Positions 1 through 8,709 of a stretch of DNA of 25,965 nt are shown here, in pieces; position 1 is the first letter of the stretch, and every line of letters begins with the position of its first letter. The stretch comes from Pseudomonadota bacterium (GTDB lineage Bacteria > Pseudomonadota > Gammaproteobacteria > Xanthomonadales > SZUA-38). Position numbers and translations under genes: made by a program. The DNA is taken from NCBI GenBank assembly GCA_039188505.1, contig JBCCZC010000021.1:1-25965 (forward strand), in the 5' to 3' direction. The notes beneath the pieces were generated by a model. It did not search any database. It was not told the DNA's origin and saw only the letters and a list, made by a program, of their open reading frames with translations.

Positions 1-87
1 CTCTGGCTCGACGACGGGCGGACGCTCGTCATCGCATCGCGGGGCCGGCTCTCGCCGACGCCCGGCAAGCCCGGCAGCTACCGTTGA
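1..87 (+). CDS. 3' end of an upstream CDS, 5'-truncated by the window edge; product unknown
   Basis: Open frame from base 1 (LWLDDGRTLVIASRGRLSPTPGKPGSYR*). Its stop TGA at 85-87 overlaps the hslO TTG start at 84 (TTGA), the same 4-nt overlap style seen elsewhere in this window. Too short to assign. hslR (Hsp15) precedes hslO in E. coli but I cannot confirm it here. Confidence 0.3.
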   Translation, partial: LWLDDGRTLVIASRGRLSPTPGKPGSYR

Positions 88-965
88 TCCGCAGTGATGC
101 GCTGACGCGCTTCGCGTTTCGGGGCATTCCCGTACGCGGCGCGATCGTCCAGCTCGGTCCGACCTGGAAGGCGGTCCGGACCCGCAACCCGGACGCGGCG
201 TCCATCCAGCACGTGCTCGGCGAGGCGTGCGCGGCGGCGGCCCTGATGTTCAGCAACATCAAGCTCGACGGCCAGATCTCGCTCCAGCTCCAGGGCTCGG
301 GGCCGCTACGCCTGCTCCTGGCGCAGTGCTCCTCGGACGGCACGCTACGCGCCATCGCCCGCCCGGGCGAGGACGCCAACGGAGAGGCCATGGGATTCCC
401 GGAACTGACCCGGGGCGCGACGCTCGCCATCACGATCGAACGCCAGTCCCGGGGCAATCAACGCTACCAGGGGATCGTTCCCCTCGAGGGCGATTCGCTG
501 GGCGAAGCGCTGGAAGGCTACTTCGAGCAGTCGGAACAGCTGCCCTCGCGCATCTGGCTGATGGCGGATGGGCAGGCCGCGGCAGGCCTGCTGCTTCAGC
601 GCCTGCCTGGTGAACTGGAGGATCCGGACGACTGGAACCGGGTGACCCAGCTGAGCGAGACCATCACACCCGGCGAGATGCTGGCGCTGCCGGCGCTCGA
701 CATCCTGCATCGCTTGTTTCACCGGGAGCCGGTGGAGGTCTTTCCGCAGCTGGACGTGCGCTTTTCGTGTCCGTGCAGCCGCGACCGGGTCAAGGACGTG
801 CTTCGGTCCCTGGGTCAGGCGGAGATCGAGGCGGCTGCCCGCGAACGGGGTGATGTGGAAGTCGCGTGCGAGTTCTGCAATGAGCAGTATCGTTTCGACG
901 CTGTCGACCTGGGTCAGATCTTCAGCGACTTTGCGCCCGACGCAACGCCCCGGACGCGGCAGTAG
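84..965 (+). CDS. hslO: Hsp33 redox-regulated chaperone (33 kDa chaperonin)
   Basis: The 293-aa ORF aligns to the Hsp33 N-terminus (LTRFAFRGIPVRGAIVQLG vs E. coli LHRYLFENFAVRGELV). The C-terminus carries the zinc centre CPCS...CEFC (FSCPCSRDRV, ACEFCNEQY). A TTG start at 84 is assumed from the alignment. Confidence 0.9.
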   Translation: MIRSDALTRFAFRGIPVRGAIVQLGPTWKAVRTRNPDAASIQHVLGEACAAAALMFSNIKLDGQISLQLQGSGPLRLLLAQCSSDGTLRAIARPGEDANGEAMGFPELTRGATLAITIERQSRGNQRYQGIVPLEGDSLGEALEGYFEQSEQLPSRIWLMADGQAAAGLLLQRLPGELEDPDDWNRVTQLSETITPGEMLALPALDILHRLFHREPVEVFPQLDVRFSCPCSRDRVKDVLRSLGQAEIEAAARERGDVEVACEFCNEQYRFDAVDLGQIFSDFAPDATPRTRQ

Positions 966-971
966 CGCCCC

Positions 972-1163
972 CTATTCGAAGGCGCAGCGGGCGCCCGCTA
1001 CGGATTGCGGCGCCACGGGCCCGAAGACCAACTCGTTCGCCTTCGCCACGGTCCAGGTGCTGAGTCCGAGTCCAGCGGCCAGGCCGCCGACGACAAACAG
1101 CGCGAACGCCGCCGCCTGTAGCACCGTTTTCGGATTGGAAGCGGAGAGTATTCTCGCTGCCAT
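972..1163 (-). CDS. small hypothetical membrane protein (about 64 aa, one predicted TM helix)
   Basis: Internal ATG at 1163 is preceded by AGGGAGA (rev-comp of tctccct at 1171-1177) 7 nt upstream. Hydrophobic stretch VLQAAAFALFVVGGLAAGLGL. No recognisable family. Convergent with the hslO 3' end. Confidence 0.4.
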   Translation of the reverse strand: MAARILSASNPKTVLQAAAFALFVVGGLAAGLGLSTWTVAKANELVFGPVAPQSVAGARCAFE

Positions 1164-1389
1164 TGTTCGTTCTCCCTTTGTGCGCGTCCTTACTACTCTG
1201 ACGCGCGAAACCACCGATGGGTTACATCGATCTTCCTCACGCGCACCCCACGCCGCGTTGAGCCCGAGGATCGCGACCGCCGGGCCCGTCCGAGTCGACC
1301 CGTGACGCGATCCTCATGTCAGCTAGACCCCGCAGGCGCCGAAAAGATCGCGTTTCCTGGCTCAACGCGCAGGAAAAGCTTCAAGAGAC

Positions 1390-1418
1390 CTACCAATGTG
1401 TTTGTTTTCTGCTAGAAT
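1390..1418 (+). promoter_or_regulatory. putative sigma70 extended -10 promoter (TGcTAGAAT) for the 1506 gene
   Basis: tctGCTAGAATtt at 1408-1420: TGn immediately 5' of TAGAAT (1413-1418). The surrounding AT-richer tract tgtgtttgttttc lies in an otherwise GC-rich intergenic. RBS GGAGTGAG precedes the GTG start at 1506. Confidence 0.4.
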
Positions 1419-1505
1419 TTCTGGCACGGCTCGGAGGAGCAGAACTTTTTCCCGGAGACCGCATCTAAAGCGCGAACCCATCGATTTCGGAGTGAGAACC
1501 GCGTC

Positions 1506-2363
1506 GTGAACGCACCGGCTCGAACCATAACCGTTGCCCTGGCCCTGCTGGGCGCTGGGGCGCTGTTCTCGCCGGCAATCGCCCAGGACTCCGAAGACAG
1601 CGCGCTCCTCCTGGTCTCACGCAGCAACGAAGAGGTCATCAGCGCAGGCACGGACCGCGTCCGGTCCAGCGTGACGGCGACCGAATACGGCCTTCCGGGC
1701 ACACCGACGATCATCGAGTCCCGCGCGGAATGGCGTCCGCGCCAGGATCTCGCGGTGCACGCCGACATCTCCACGGCAACCTATGCCCCCTGTTCCGCCG
1801 ATGTCGATGAGGACTGTCGCTGGTCGCTCCCCGACAACCGCGATGAAGCCGTCGGCTTCAGCGTGGGGGCAAGCTGGCAGCCACTCAACTCGCTCCAGTT
1901 CGACGTCGGCTATGCGTCTCGGCCCGCGCTGGGCAGCGATCTGACCCTCTCGCCGCAGGTGGCGGCCTTCGGACCGAAGGAAGACCTCACCCTGAGCTGC
2001 AAGCTCGACACGCTGGCCTGGGGCGACCTGGAACTTGGACTCAAGCTTTCCCGGTGGAACGATCTGGCCGGCGATGTCGAGGGCCCCGACGCCAGCGCAG
2101 CGCTCGGCGTTGCCTGGGAACTCGGCGCCTTCCGCGGAGACGTCACCAGCCGCTATGTGGATCTCGTTGGTGGCCGCTCGGCCGAGGGCGGTTGGAGCAC
2201 CTTCGACATCAGCTTCGCCTGGCGCACACCCTGGAACGCTCGGCTGAGCGTAGGCGCTCGCAATCTGCTCAACGAGCCAGCTCCCGACGCGGCCATCAAT
2301 GAAGGGCGGATCGAGGATTTCCTCGGTCGCGTGCCCTACGTTCGCTACCAGCAGGACCTCTGA
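1506..2363 (+). CDS. secreted / possible outer-membrane beta-barrel protein, uncharacterised
   Basis: GTG start with GGAGTGAG RBS. Sec signal peptide MNAPARTITVALALLGAGALFSPAIAQD (AxA cleavage site). Gly/Ser/Asp-rich with alternating amphipathic segments. C-terminus GARNLLNEPAP...VPYVRYQQDL loosely recalls beta-barrel C-terminal strands. No firm family assignment. Confidence 0.65.
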   Translation: MNAPARTITVALALLGAGALFSPAIAQDSEDSALLLVSRSNEEVISAGTDRVRSSVTATEYGLPGTPTIIESRAEWRPRQDLAVHADISTATYAPCSADVDEDCRWSLPDNRDEAVGFSVGASWQPLNSLQFDVGYASRPALGSDLTLSPQVAAFGPKEDLTLSCKLDTLAWGDLELGLKLSRWNDLAGDVEGPDASAALGVAWELGAFRGDVTSRYVDLVGGRSAEGGWSTFDISFAWRTPWNARLSVGARNLLNEPAPDAAINEGRIEDFLGRVPYVRYQQDL

Positions 2364-2457
2364 CCCGACGGCCGCGCGGACGCGCACCCCTGGGGCTTGC
2401 AATGCCCTCCTCGCGTGGCCAGTATTGGCGCGCTCTGCGCTACCCAACGATCAGCCC

Positions 2458-3123
2458 ATGACCGACATCCAGGTATCCCCCGGTTTTGCCACGCCGTTCG
2501 TCGTCCGCCATCACCCGGATCCGACCGCACTCAATACGGAACTCAAGGCGCTCTTTCTGGAGCGCGAGGGAGACCCGCGCTGGGCCGAGAAGACGCCGAC
2601 GCTCACGCTCAAGGTCAAGCTGTTCGAGAGCGAGTTCGACGTCTTCAAGTGGCCGGAACCGTGCGTACAGCAACTCAAGCAGTTCTGCTTCGAGTCGCTC
2701 GGCAAGACCCTGATGCAGGTCAACGGCTGCTCGCCCGAGGACCTCAGCAACCTGCGGATCCACAATCACGCCTGGTTCCATGTGACCCGCCCCGGCGGCT
2801 ACATGGGCACGCATAACCATCCCATGGCCTCCTGGTCCGGGGTCTACTGCGTCGATACGGGCGGTGCGGACGCCGACAACGCCGACAGCGGGGTCATCCG
2901 CTTCCACGACCCGCGGATCTCGGTCACCATGTACATGGACGCCGGCAATAATCACCTGCTGCCGCCGTTCGAGCCCGGCATGCGCAACTATCAGTTCAAA
3001 CCTGGCCAGCTGGTCATCTTTCCGTCGTTCCTGATGCACGAGGTGGCGCCCTTTACCGGAGACGGCACGCGTATCACCGTGGCCTTCAATGCCTGGATCA
3101 AGGACAGCCGGGCCGGTGGCTGA
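2458..3123 (+). CDS. putative 2OG-Fe(II) oxygenase, TIGR02466/PF13759-like
   Basis: ATG at 2458 (the ORF-track frame opens at 2299, but homology starts at MTDIQVSPGF). Motifs HNHPMASWSGVYCV and FPSFLMHEVAPF match the His-x-His...His cupin pattern of the 2OG-FeII_Oxy_5 family. No signal peptide. The 3' end overlaps the next gene. Confidence 0.75.
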   Translation: MTDIQVSPGFATPFVVRHHPDPTALNTELKALFLEREGDPRWAEKTPTLTLKVKLFESEFDVFKWPEPCVQQLKQFCFESLGKTLMQVNGCSPEDLSNLRIHNHAWFHVTRPGGYMGTHNHPMASWSGVYCVDTGGADADNADSGVIRFHDPRISVTMYMDAGNNHLLPPFEPGMRNYQFKPGQLVIFPSFLMHEVAPFTGDGTRITVAFNAWIKDSRAGG

Positions 3124-4384
3124 GACTGCCGACCGGTTCGACGCCGCCTGGGAAGCCGCCCAGGCCGGTGACGCCGATGCGCAGCTCGCGCTCGGGCGCC
3201 ACTACCTGGCGGCGGACGATTTCGGTCGGGCCAGGCGGTGGTTCGGACGTGCGGCGCGCGCCGGCCAGGCCGCCGGCTACACGGAGCTCGCCCTGCTCGA
3301 GCTCCAGGGCCTCGGCATGGCGGAAGACGCCGCGGGCGCGCGGGAGCACTTCATGGCGGGGATCGCCGCGGGCGACGCCCGCGCGCGCTACGAACTGGCG
3401 CTCATCGACTACCGCACCGGCCGTCGGCCCGCAACCGAATGCCTCGAGGCGCTCGCCGAGGCGGCCCGGGGCGGTTACGCGCCGGCGCAACGCGAGGTCG
3501 GTGTGCTCCTGCTCGCCGAAAACGACGTCGCCGCTCGCGGCGCGCTGAAGCTCGCGGCCCGTGCCAACGACATGCTCGCGATCTCGACGCTCCTCTGCCT
3601 CGCCCAGACCGACGGCGACACCGCCCTGGCCGGCGACCTGACACGGCGGGGGCGTGAACTCGGGAGCTACTGCGCCGAACGCTTCGGTACCGAGCCCACC
3701 GGGGCCGTCCTGGACGCCCTCGAAACGCCGCTCACGGCCGCCGCTATCCCGGCTCCGACCGCGGCCGCTGCGTCCGCGCCGGTGCCGGAGCGCCCGCTCG
3801 GTGACGACCGCGTGCGCGTCTACGACGATATGCTCTCGGCGATCGAGTGTCGCTACCTCATCGAGGTCACGGCGCCACAGCTGCGCCCGTCGCACACGGT
3901 GCACCCGGAAACGGGCGAGTCGGTACGCAACGACATGCGCACCAGCTACGGCTACAGCCTCCACCCGCTGCAGGAAGACTTCGTGATCCTTGGAGCGAAA
4001 GCCCGGCTCGCCGCGGAGACCGGGTTTCCGGTCGGCCACGCGGAGCCTTTCGCGCTGCTGCGCTACGAACCCGGGCAGGAATACAAGCCGCACTTTGACT
4101 ACATCGATCCGGCATCAGGGGAGGCAGGCCAGGAGCTGGCCACGCGCGGCCAGCGCGAGGTCACCATCTTCTCCTATCTGACTTCGGTCGCCGGCGGCGG
4201 CGAGACTGTGTTTCCGCGCCTTGATGTTCAGGTGGCCTGCCGGGCGGGTCGGGCCCTGATGTTCCGCAATACGCGCCCGGACGGCGCTCCGGACCCCGAA
4301 AGTCTGCACGCGAGCCTGCCGGTCGAGAGCGGCGAGAAGTGGATTGCCACGCTCTGGATTCGCGGGAGGACGCTCCTCTCATGA
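3089..4384 (+). CDS. Sel1-repeat protein fused to a prolyl 4-hydroxylase-type 2OG-Fe(II) oxygenase domain
   Basis: N-terminal half holds about four Sel1/TPR-like repeats (AQLALGRHYLAADDFGRARRWFGRAARAGQAAGY..., ARYELALIDYRTG..., APAQREVGVLLLAEND). C-terminal P4Hc signature: YKPHFDYID (HxD), GGETVFP, GRALMFRN, SLHASLPVESGEKWIATLW. Alternative GTG start at 3116. Stop TGA 4382-4384 overlaps the next ATG (ATGA). Confidence 0.85.
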   Translation: MPGSRTAGPVAETADRFDAAWEAAQAGDADAQLALGRHYLAADDFGRARRWFGRAARAGQAAGYTELALLELQGLGMAEDAAGAREHFMAGIAAGDARARYELALIDYRTGRRPATECLEALAEAARGGYAPAQREVGVLLLAENDVAARGALKLAARANDMLAISTLLCLAQTDGDTALAGDLTRRGRELGSYCAERFGTEPTGAVLDALETPLTAAAIPAPTAAAASAPVPERPLGDDRVRVYDDMLSAIECRYLIEVTAPQLRPSHTVHPETGESVRNDMRTSYGYSLHPLQEDFVILGAKARLAAETGFPVGHAEPFALLRYEPGQEYKPHFDYIDPASGEAGQELATRGQREVTIFSYLTSVAGGGETVFPRLDVQVACRAGRALMFRNTRPDGAPDPESLHASLPVESGEKWIATLWIRGRTLLS

Positions 4385-4971
4385 TGCAGCTCACGCCCAC
4401 GCGGCGCGGCACCGTCGACGGTCGCCTGGTCCTGGTTTACGACAATCTCGTCTCCCCGGGGGTGCTCGAGGAAATATCCCGGGCCCTCGACGGGGCGGCG
4501 TTCACGCGCAACGAGATCGCCAAACCGGAGACGGCAGATCATCGTCACTGGGCCCACAACATGTCGGTCGAGGCAGCGGGCCAGCTACCGCTCTTCAAGC
4601 CAACGATCCTCGCGGCGCAGCCTTTCTGCCAGGACGGATCGCGCTACCGGCTCTATCGCGCCTACACCAACTACGCATCCTACGGGGACATGCTTTTCAC
4701 CCACACGGACTGCCTACCCGACGCCCGTGAGATCACGGCACTCTGGTTCATCAGCACCGAATGGGATCCCGAGTGGGGCGGTGAGACGCTGTTCTTCAAC
4801 GAGGCGATGGATGCGGAGTTCGTGGCGAGCCCGAGGCCGGGCCGACTCGTCATGTTCGACGGCGCCATTCCTCATTGCGGTCGCCCACCGAACCGGATCT
4901 GCTACCGGCCGCGCTATACCTTTGCCATGAAGCTAGAGCGCCTGCCACCCGAGGAGCCGAAGTCGCCATGA
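4381..4971 (+). CDS. 2OG-Fe(II) oxygenase family protein (P4H-like, 2OG-FeII_Oxy_3-type)
   Basis: Start ATGATG at 4381 is coupled to the upstream stop. Motifs LFTHTDCLPD (HxD), WGGETLFF, GRLVMFDGAIPHCG (distal His) and RPRYTFAMK (2OG-binding Arg). About 196 aa, no signal peptide. Confidence 0.75.
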   Translation: MMQLTPTRRGTVDGRLVLVYDNLVSPGVLEEISRALDGAAFTRNEIAKPETADHRHWAHNMSVEAAGQLPLFKPTILAAQPFCQDGSRYRLYRAYTNYASYGDMLFTHTDCLPDAREITALWFISTEWDPEWGGETLFFNEAMDAEFVASPRPGRLVMFDGAIPHCGRPPNRICYRPRYTFAMKLERLPPEEPKSP

Positions 4972-6215
4972 AGCCGGCCGATGTTCGTCGGCGTTCAGAG
5001 CAGCTCGTTGCGAGCGGCCAGGTCCAGCAGGCGGGGACGCTCATCGCAGACGCGCTGAAGCTGCAACCGTTCGAACCTGATCTCGTGCTCGCGAAGGCGA
5101 ACATCATGCTCGCGGGACGCCAGTACCAGCAGGCGGTCGAGACGCTTGCGGAGCTGATTCGGCGCAAGCCAGACAACCCGGACGCCTTCTTTTTGCTTGG
5201 CAACGCCTACCGGGCGACCCAGCTCGTGACCGAGGCGGCGAAGGCCTATGGGCGCACCCTCGAGCTGGCGCCCGATTACCCGGGCGCTGCCCATTTCCTT
5301 GGCCTCGTCAGCCAGCAGATCGGAGACCTCGACACTGCCGAGTCCGCCTTCCGGGCCGCGTGCGAACAGCGACCGGAACTACCGGTACTCCGCTTCCGCC
5401 TCGGGAGCGTGCAGCACATGCAGGGACGCTATGCCCAAGCGGCAAACTCCTATCGTCAGGCGCTACGGCGCGACGCGACGCACCCACCGACGCTGACCAA
5501 CCTCGGCCTGGCGCTCATCGCGCTCGACGAGGACGCCGAAGCGGTCGAGGTCGCGCGGCAGCAGCTCGCCCACGTCCCGGGCCACACGCTCGCGCTTGCA
5601 AATCTGCTTTACGCGTCCCTCGGCGCTGGCGACAGCGCCACCGTCGCGGAACTGCTCGACGGGACTCTCATCCAAGAAGGCAGGCTCCCGAGCTCGGCCC
5701 TCGATGACTGGGCCGCTGCGCTCGAGGCCCTACCCCGGACGCGGGAGAGCGACGACGACCGGTACACCACGCTCGAATTCCGCATCGAGGAGCAGCCGGC
5801 GTTCCGCGCGATGGGCGATGCCCTCGAGGCCATGGTCGCCGCCCATATCGCTGTGTGCCGCACGCGTACGGCGCATCCCTGGGCAAATCATCTGCCGGAT
5901 GGCTGGACCCTGCGCCTATGGGGGGAGAGCAAGCACGGCGGCGATGAAGAACCGACGCACTGCCACCCGCGGGCCTTCATGAGTGGTCTTGCCTATCTCT
6001 CGATTCCGCCGGGCGCGGGGCCGAACACCGTCGAGTTCGGTATCGGTGATGAGGCGTACGGCGGCCGCGTACCACCGGACTCGCCCCGCATCGAGGTGAA
6101 CGCCGGTTCACTGCTGCTCTTTCCCGCCTACTTCTTCCACCGCACGTCGGCCTTCGCCGGCGAGGGCAACCGCGTGCGCATCGCCTTCGACGTCCTCGCG
6201 CCGACGCGGAGCTAG
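4968..6215 (+). CDS. TPR-repeat protein fused to a PF13759-like 2OG-Fe(II) oxygenase domain
   Basis: ATG 4968 overlaps the previous stop (ATGA). The N-terminal 250 aa is a run of TPRs (LVLAKANIMLAGRQYQQAVETLAELIRRKPDNPDAFFLLGNAYRA..., AAKAYGRTLELAPDYPGAAHFLG..., etc.). The C-terminus THCHPRAFMSGLAYL...LLLFPAYFFHRT is paralogous to the gene at 2458 (THNHPMASWSGVYCV...FPSFLMHEV). Confidence 0.8.
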   Translation: MKPADVRRRSEQLVASGQVQQAGTLIADALKLQPFEPDLVLAKANIMLAGRQYQQAVETLAELIRRKPDNPDAFFLLGNAYRATQLVTEAAKAYGRTLELAPDYPGAAHFLGLVSQQIGDLDTAESAFRAACEQRPELPVLRFRLGSVQHMQGRYAQAANSYRQALRRDATHPPTLTNLGLALIALDEDAEAVEVARQQLAHVPGHTLALANLLYASLGAGDSATVAELLDGTLIQEGRLPSSALDDWAAALEALPRTRESDDDRYTTLEFRIEEQPAFRAMGDALEAMVAAHIAVCRTRTAHPWANHLPDGWTLRLWGESKHGGDEEPTHCHPRAFMSGLAYLSIPPGAGPNTVEFGIGDEAYGGRVPPDSPRIEVNAGSLLLFPAYFFHRTSAFAGEGNRVRIAFDVLAPTRS

Positions 6216-6282
6216 CCCCTGATGGGCCGACCGGACCGGCTCTCCCCATGCACCGATGTGCACTCGGTCCCACGGAACCGCC

Positions 6283-7197
6283 ATGAGTAGCTGGATCCGC
6301 TACTGGTGGCGCGTCGCCCGTCGCACGTTGAGCATCTGGCTGGACATCAACGCTTTCGCCCAGGCGGCTTCGCTGGCCTTCTTCACCCTGTTCTCAATCG
6401 CACCCGTCGTCATCGTGATCGTCAGCATTATCGGCTTCTTCTTCGGCGAGCAGGCCGCGGAAGGGCAGATCGTTGGTCAGCTCGAGAGGACCATCGGCGC
6501 GGAGCCCGCTGCGGTGGTCGAGTCGGCCGTGGCGCGGTCACGGCTCGAGGGCGGCGGCCTCTGGGCCACGATCGCCGGCGTTGCGGCAATGCTCGTTGGC
6601 GCAACGGCGGTCTTCGGACAGATGCAGTCCGCGCTCAACGCAGTCTGGGAGGTCGCACCTAAACCGTCGCGAAACAGTCTTTTCCTCCTCGCGCGCAAAC
6701 GGTTGGCCTCGCTGTCCATCGTCCTCGCGATCGGCTTGATCATGCTTGGCAGCCTGGGTCTCAGTGTTGCGCTGAACGCCACCGTGCGTTTCGCCACCGA
6801 TTGGTTACCACTTCCCGCCGTTGCCCTGAAGGGCATGGACTGGACGCTGTCGCTGCTCGTGATCTCCAGCCTGTTCGCGATCATCTACCGCGCGCTACCC
6901 GATGTGCAGCTCGGCTGGCGTGACGTCCTTCCCGGCGCGCTTCTGACGGCGCTGCTCTTTTCGTTGGGTCGGATTCTCATCGCGCTCTATCTCACCCATA
7001 CCGCCACGGCTTCGACCTTTGGCGCTGCGGCGTCGGTCGTGCTCCTGCTGCTCTGGGTCAACTACTCGTCACTGATCCTGCTCTTCGGCGCGGCCTGGAC
7101 GCGGGCCCAGCTCGAGGCGCGCGGCAAGCCGATCCGCCCCCGCTCCGTCGCCGTTCGCGTACGCCGCGAGTTGCTGAATGAGGACCCCGACGCCTAG
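6283..7197 (+). CDS. YihY/BrkB (virulence factor BrkB / former 'RNase BN') family inner-membrane protein
   Basis: ATG at about 6283 (MSSWIRYWWRVARRTLSIW...). Six predicted TM helices with the family pattern (LAFFTLFSIAPVVIVIVSIIGFFFG; LFGAAWTRAQLEARGK C-terminal end). The ORF track opens at 6256. My manual base count of this line was off by one relative to the ORF track, so the start is approximate. Confidence 0.8.
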   Translation: MSSWIRYWWRVARRTLSIWLDINAFAQAASLAFFTLFSIAPVVIVIVSIIGFFFGEQAAEGQIVGQLERTIGAEPAAVVESAVARSRLEGGGLWATIAGVAAMLVGATAVFGQMQSALNAVWEVAPKPSRNSLFLLARKRLASLSIVLAIGLIMLGSLGLSVALNATVRFATDWLPLPAVALKGMDWTLSLLVISSLFAIIYRALPDVQLGWRDVLPGALLTALLFSLGRILIALYLTHTATASTFGAAASVVLLLLWVNYSSLILLFGAAWTRAQLEARGKPIRPRSVAVRVRRELLNEDPDA

Positions 7198-7221
7198 GCG
7201 CGCCGAAGTCGACCTGCGCTG

Positions 7222-8670
7222 CTAGACGTGAATCAGCGTTACCGAGGGCAGGTTCGACACGGCCTCGGTATCGAACCCACGCACCATCAGCACGGTCTGA
7301 CCCGCCTCCGCGAGTCCGAGTTCCGACGCCAGCGTCCGGATGCGCGGCACCGGATCGTCGAGCTCGGCCGCGTCGCAAGCGACGGGAAGGGTTCCCCACA
7401 GCAGCGCGCTGCGGCGCAGGGCCTGTTCGTCCGCCGCCAGGAGGATGATCGGCGCCGCGGGGCGTTCACCGGACATCGCCCGGCCCGAGAAGCCGGTCCG
7501 ACTGACCACGAAGATGGCCCGAACCATCAGGTCCCGGGACAGCTGGGCGGTTGCCCGACCGACCGCGTGGGCGTAGCCCAGCTCGTCGCCGTCGTCGAGC
7601 GTCTGCTGCAGCTGGCCGAACTGCCCGTGCGTCCACAGGTAGGCCTCGGCCTCGCGAGCGATGCGGTCCATCATCGCGACCGCTTCCCTCGGGTAGCTGC
7701 CCGCAGCACTCTCCGCCGAGAGCATCACCGCGTCCGCGCCGAGATTGACCGAGTGGGCAACGTCCGTGACCTCCGCCCGGGTCGGGCGCGGATTGTCGAT
7801 CATGGACTCGAGCATCTGCGTGGCGACGATAACCGGCTGATGGCGCGCCCGCGCCCGATCGACGAGGTGCTGCTGGGCGACAGGCACGGCCTCCGGCGGC
7901 AGTTCCACCCCGAGGTCGCCTCGAGCAACCATGATGGCGTCGGTGTGATCCAGGATCGCGTCGATGCCGCTGACCGCCTCCGGGCGCTCGATCTTCGCGA
8001 CGATGCGAGCGGCGCTGCCGTGGGCGTCCAGCCGCTGGCGCAGCTCGATCACGTCAGCAGCCGTGCGCACGAACGATAGCGCTACGAAATCCACCCCGAG
8101 ACCCACCGCGAACTCGAGGTCCCGGAGATCCTTCTCGGTCAGGCATTGCGCACTGACGGTCGAATCCGGCAGGTTGATCCCCTTCCGTTCCGTGAGGCGA
8201 CCGCCATGCACGATGCGGCAGCGAACGTCCTCTTCCTCGATGGCGAGTACCTCCAGCGTCATGAGGCCATCGGCAAGGAGCAGACGATGTCCGACCTCGA
8301 CATCCGTCGGCAGGCCGGCGTACTGGGAATGCACGAGTCCCGGCTCACCCTGGACGGCCCGCGTCGTCACCATGAGCTCCTCACCGGGAATGAGGTCGAT
8401 GCCACCGTCGGCGAAGGTTCCTACGCGGATCTTGGGGCCGCAGAGGTCCGCCAGCACGGCGACGTGGCGGCCGCGGCGCGCGGCCTCCTCTCGCACGCGC
8501 TGGTAGACCCGCGCGTGCGTGGCGTGCTCGCCGTGGGACATGTTGAGCCGGACGACATCGACGCCGGCGTCGAGCAGGCGACCGATCATCTCGCTGCTGT
8601 CCGATGCCGGACCCAGCGTCGCCAGGATCCGGGTGCGGCGGTATCGTAGCCGCGTCAGTTCTTGCCCCAC
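7222..8670 (-). CDS. pyk: pyruvate kinase
   Basis: 482 aa. N-terminus RRTRILATLGPASDSSEMIGRLLDAGVDVVRLNMSHG and motifs MVARGDLGVE and VIVATQMLESM are diagnostic for pyruvate kinase. Sits 39 nt downstream of, and on the same strand as, the HMGS-family gene. Confidence 0.95.
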   Translation of the reverse strand: MGQELTRLRYRRTRILATLGPASDSSEMIGRLLDAGVDVVRLNMSHGEHATHARVYQRVREEAARRGRHVAVLADLCGPKIRVGTFADGGIDLIPGEELMVTTRAVQGEPGLVHSQYAGLPTDVEVGHRLLLADGLMTLEVLAIEEEDVRCRIVHGGRLTERKGINLPDSTVSAQCLTEKDLRDLEFAVGLGVDFVALSFVRTAADVIELRQRLDAHGSAARIVAKIERPEAVSGIDAILDHTDAIMVARGDLGVELPPEAVPVAQQHLVDRARARHQPVIVATQMLESMIDNPRPTRAEVTDVAHSVNLGADAVMLSAESAAGSYPREAVAMMDRIAREAEAYLWTHGQFGQLQQTLDDGDELGYAHAVGRATAQLSRDLMVRAIFVVSRTGFSGRAMSGERPAAPIILLAADEQALRRSALLWGTLPVACDAAELDDPVPRIRTLASELGLAEAGQTVLMVRGFDTEAVSNLPSVTLIHV

Positions 8671-8709
8671 GCTGTCGCCTCCTTGCCGGACCGGATGCCG
8701 GGTTACCCG

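Noticed and set aside
29-457. 142-aa minus-strand ORF antisense to hslO
   Set aside because: Lies entirely antisense within the well-supported hslO gene. Pro/Arg/Ala-rich low-complexity translation typical of high-GC shadow ORFs. No RBS or family.
966-1000. GC palindrome agcgggcgcccgct right after the hslO stop as a possible intrinsic terminator
   Set aside because: Perfect 7+7 palindrome but with no loop and no downstream T-run. It also falls inside the C-terminal codons of the candidate minus-strand small ORF. More likely coincidental GC symmetry.
1617-2447. 276-aa minus-strand ORF antisense to the secreted-protein gene, plus the many other long antisense/shadow ORFs (3098..4093 -, 7228..8079 +, 8872..10425 +, 10401..11192 -, 12715..13608 -, 14782..15423 -, 17416..18414 +, 18739..19905 +, 22216..23166 +, 23218..25086 +)
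   Set aside because: Each overlaps a strongly supported gene on the opposite strand (pyk, HMGS-like, SPFH, DUF4178, speE-like, PilZ protein, der, hisS, rodZ/pilW). Translations are Arg/Ala/Pro-rich without motifs. This is the expected artefact of 67% GC, where stop codons are rare in all frames.
3116-3123. Alternative short overlaps and start choices within the oxygenase cluster (GTG 3116 vs ATG 3089 for the Sel1-P4H gene)
   Set aside because: Both starts are compatible with coupling. I cannot discriminate them without homologue alignment. I reported the longer ORF and noted the alternative rather than calling a separate feature.
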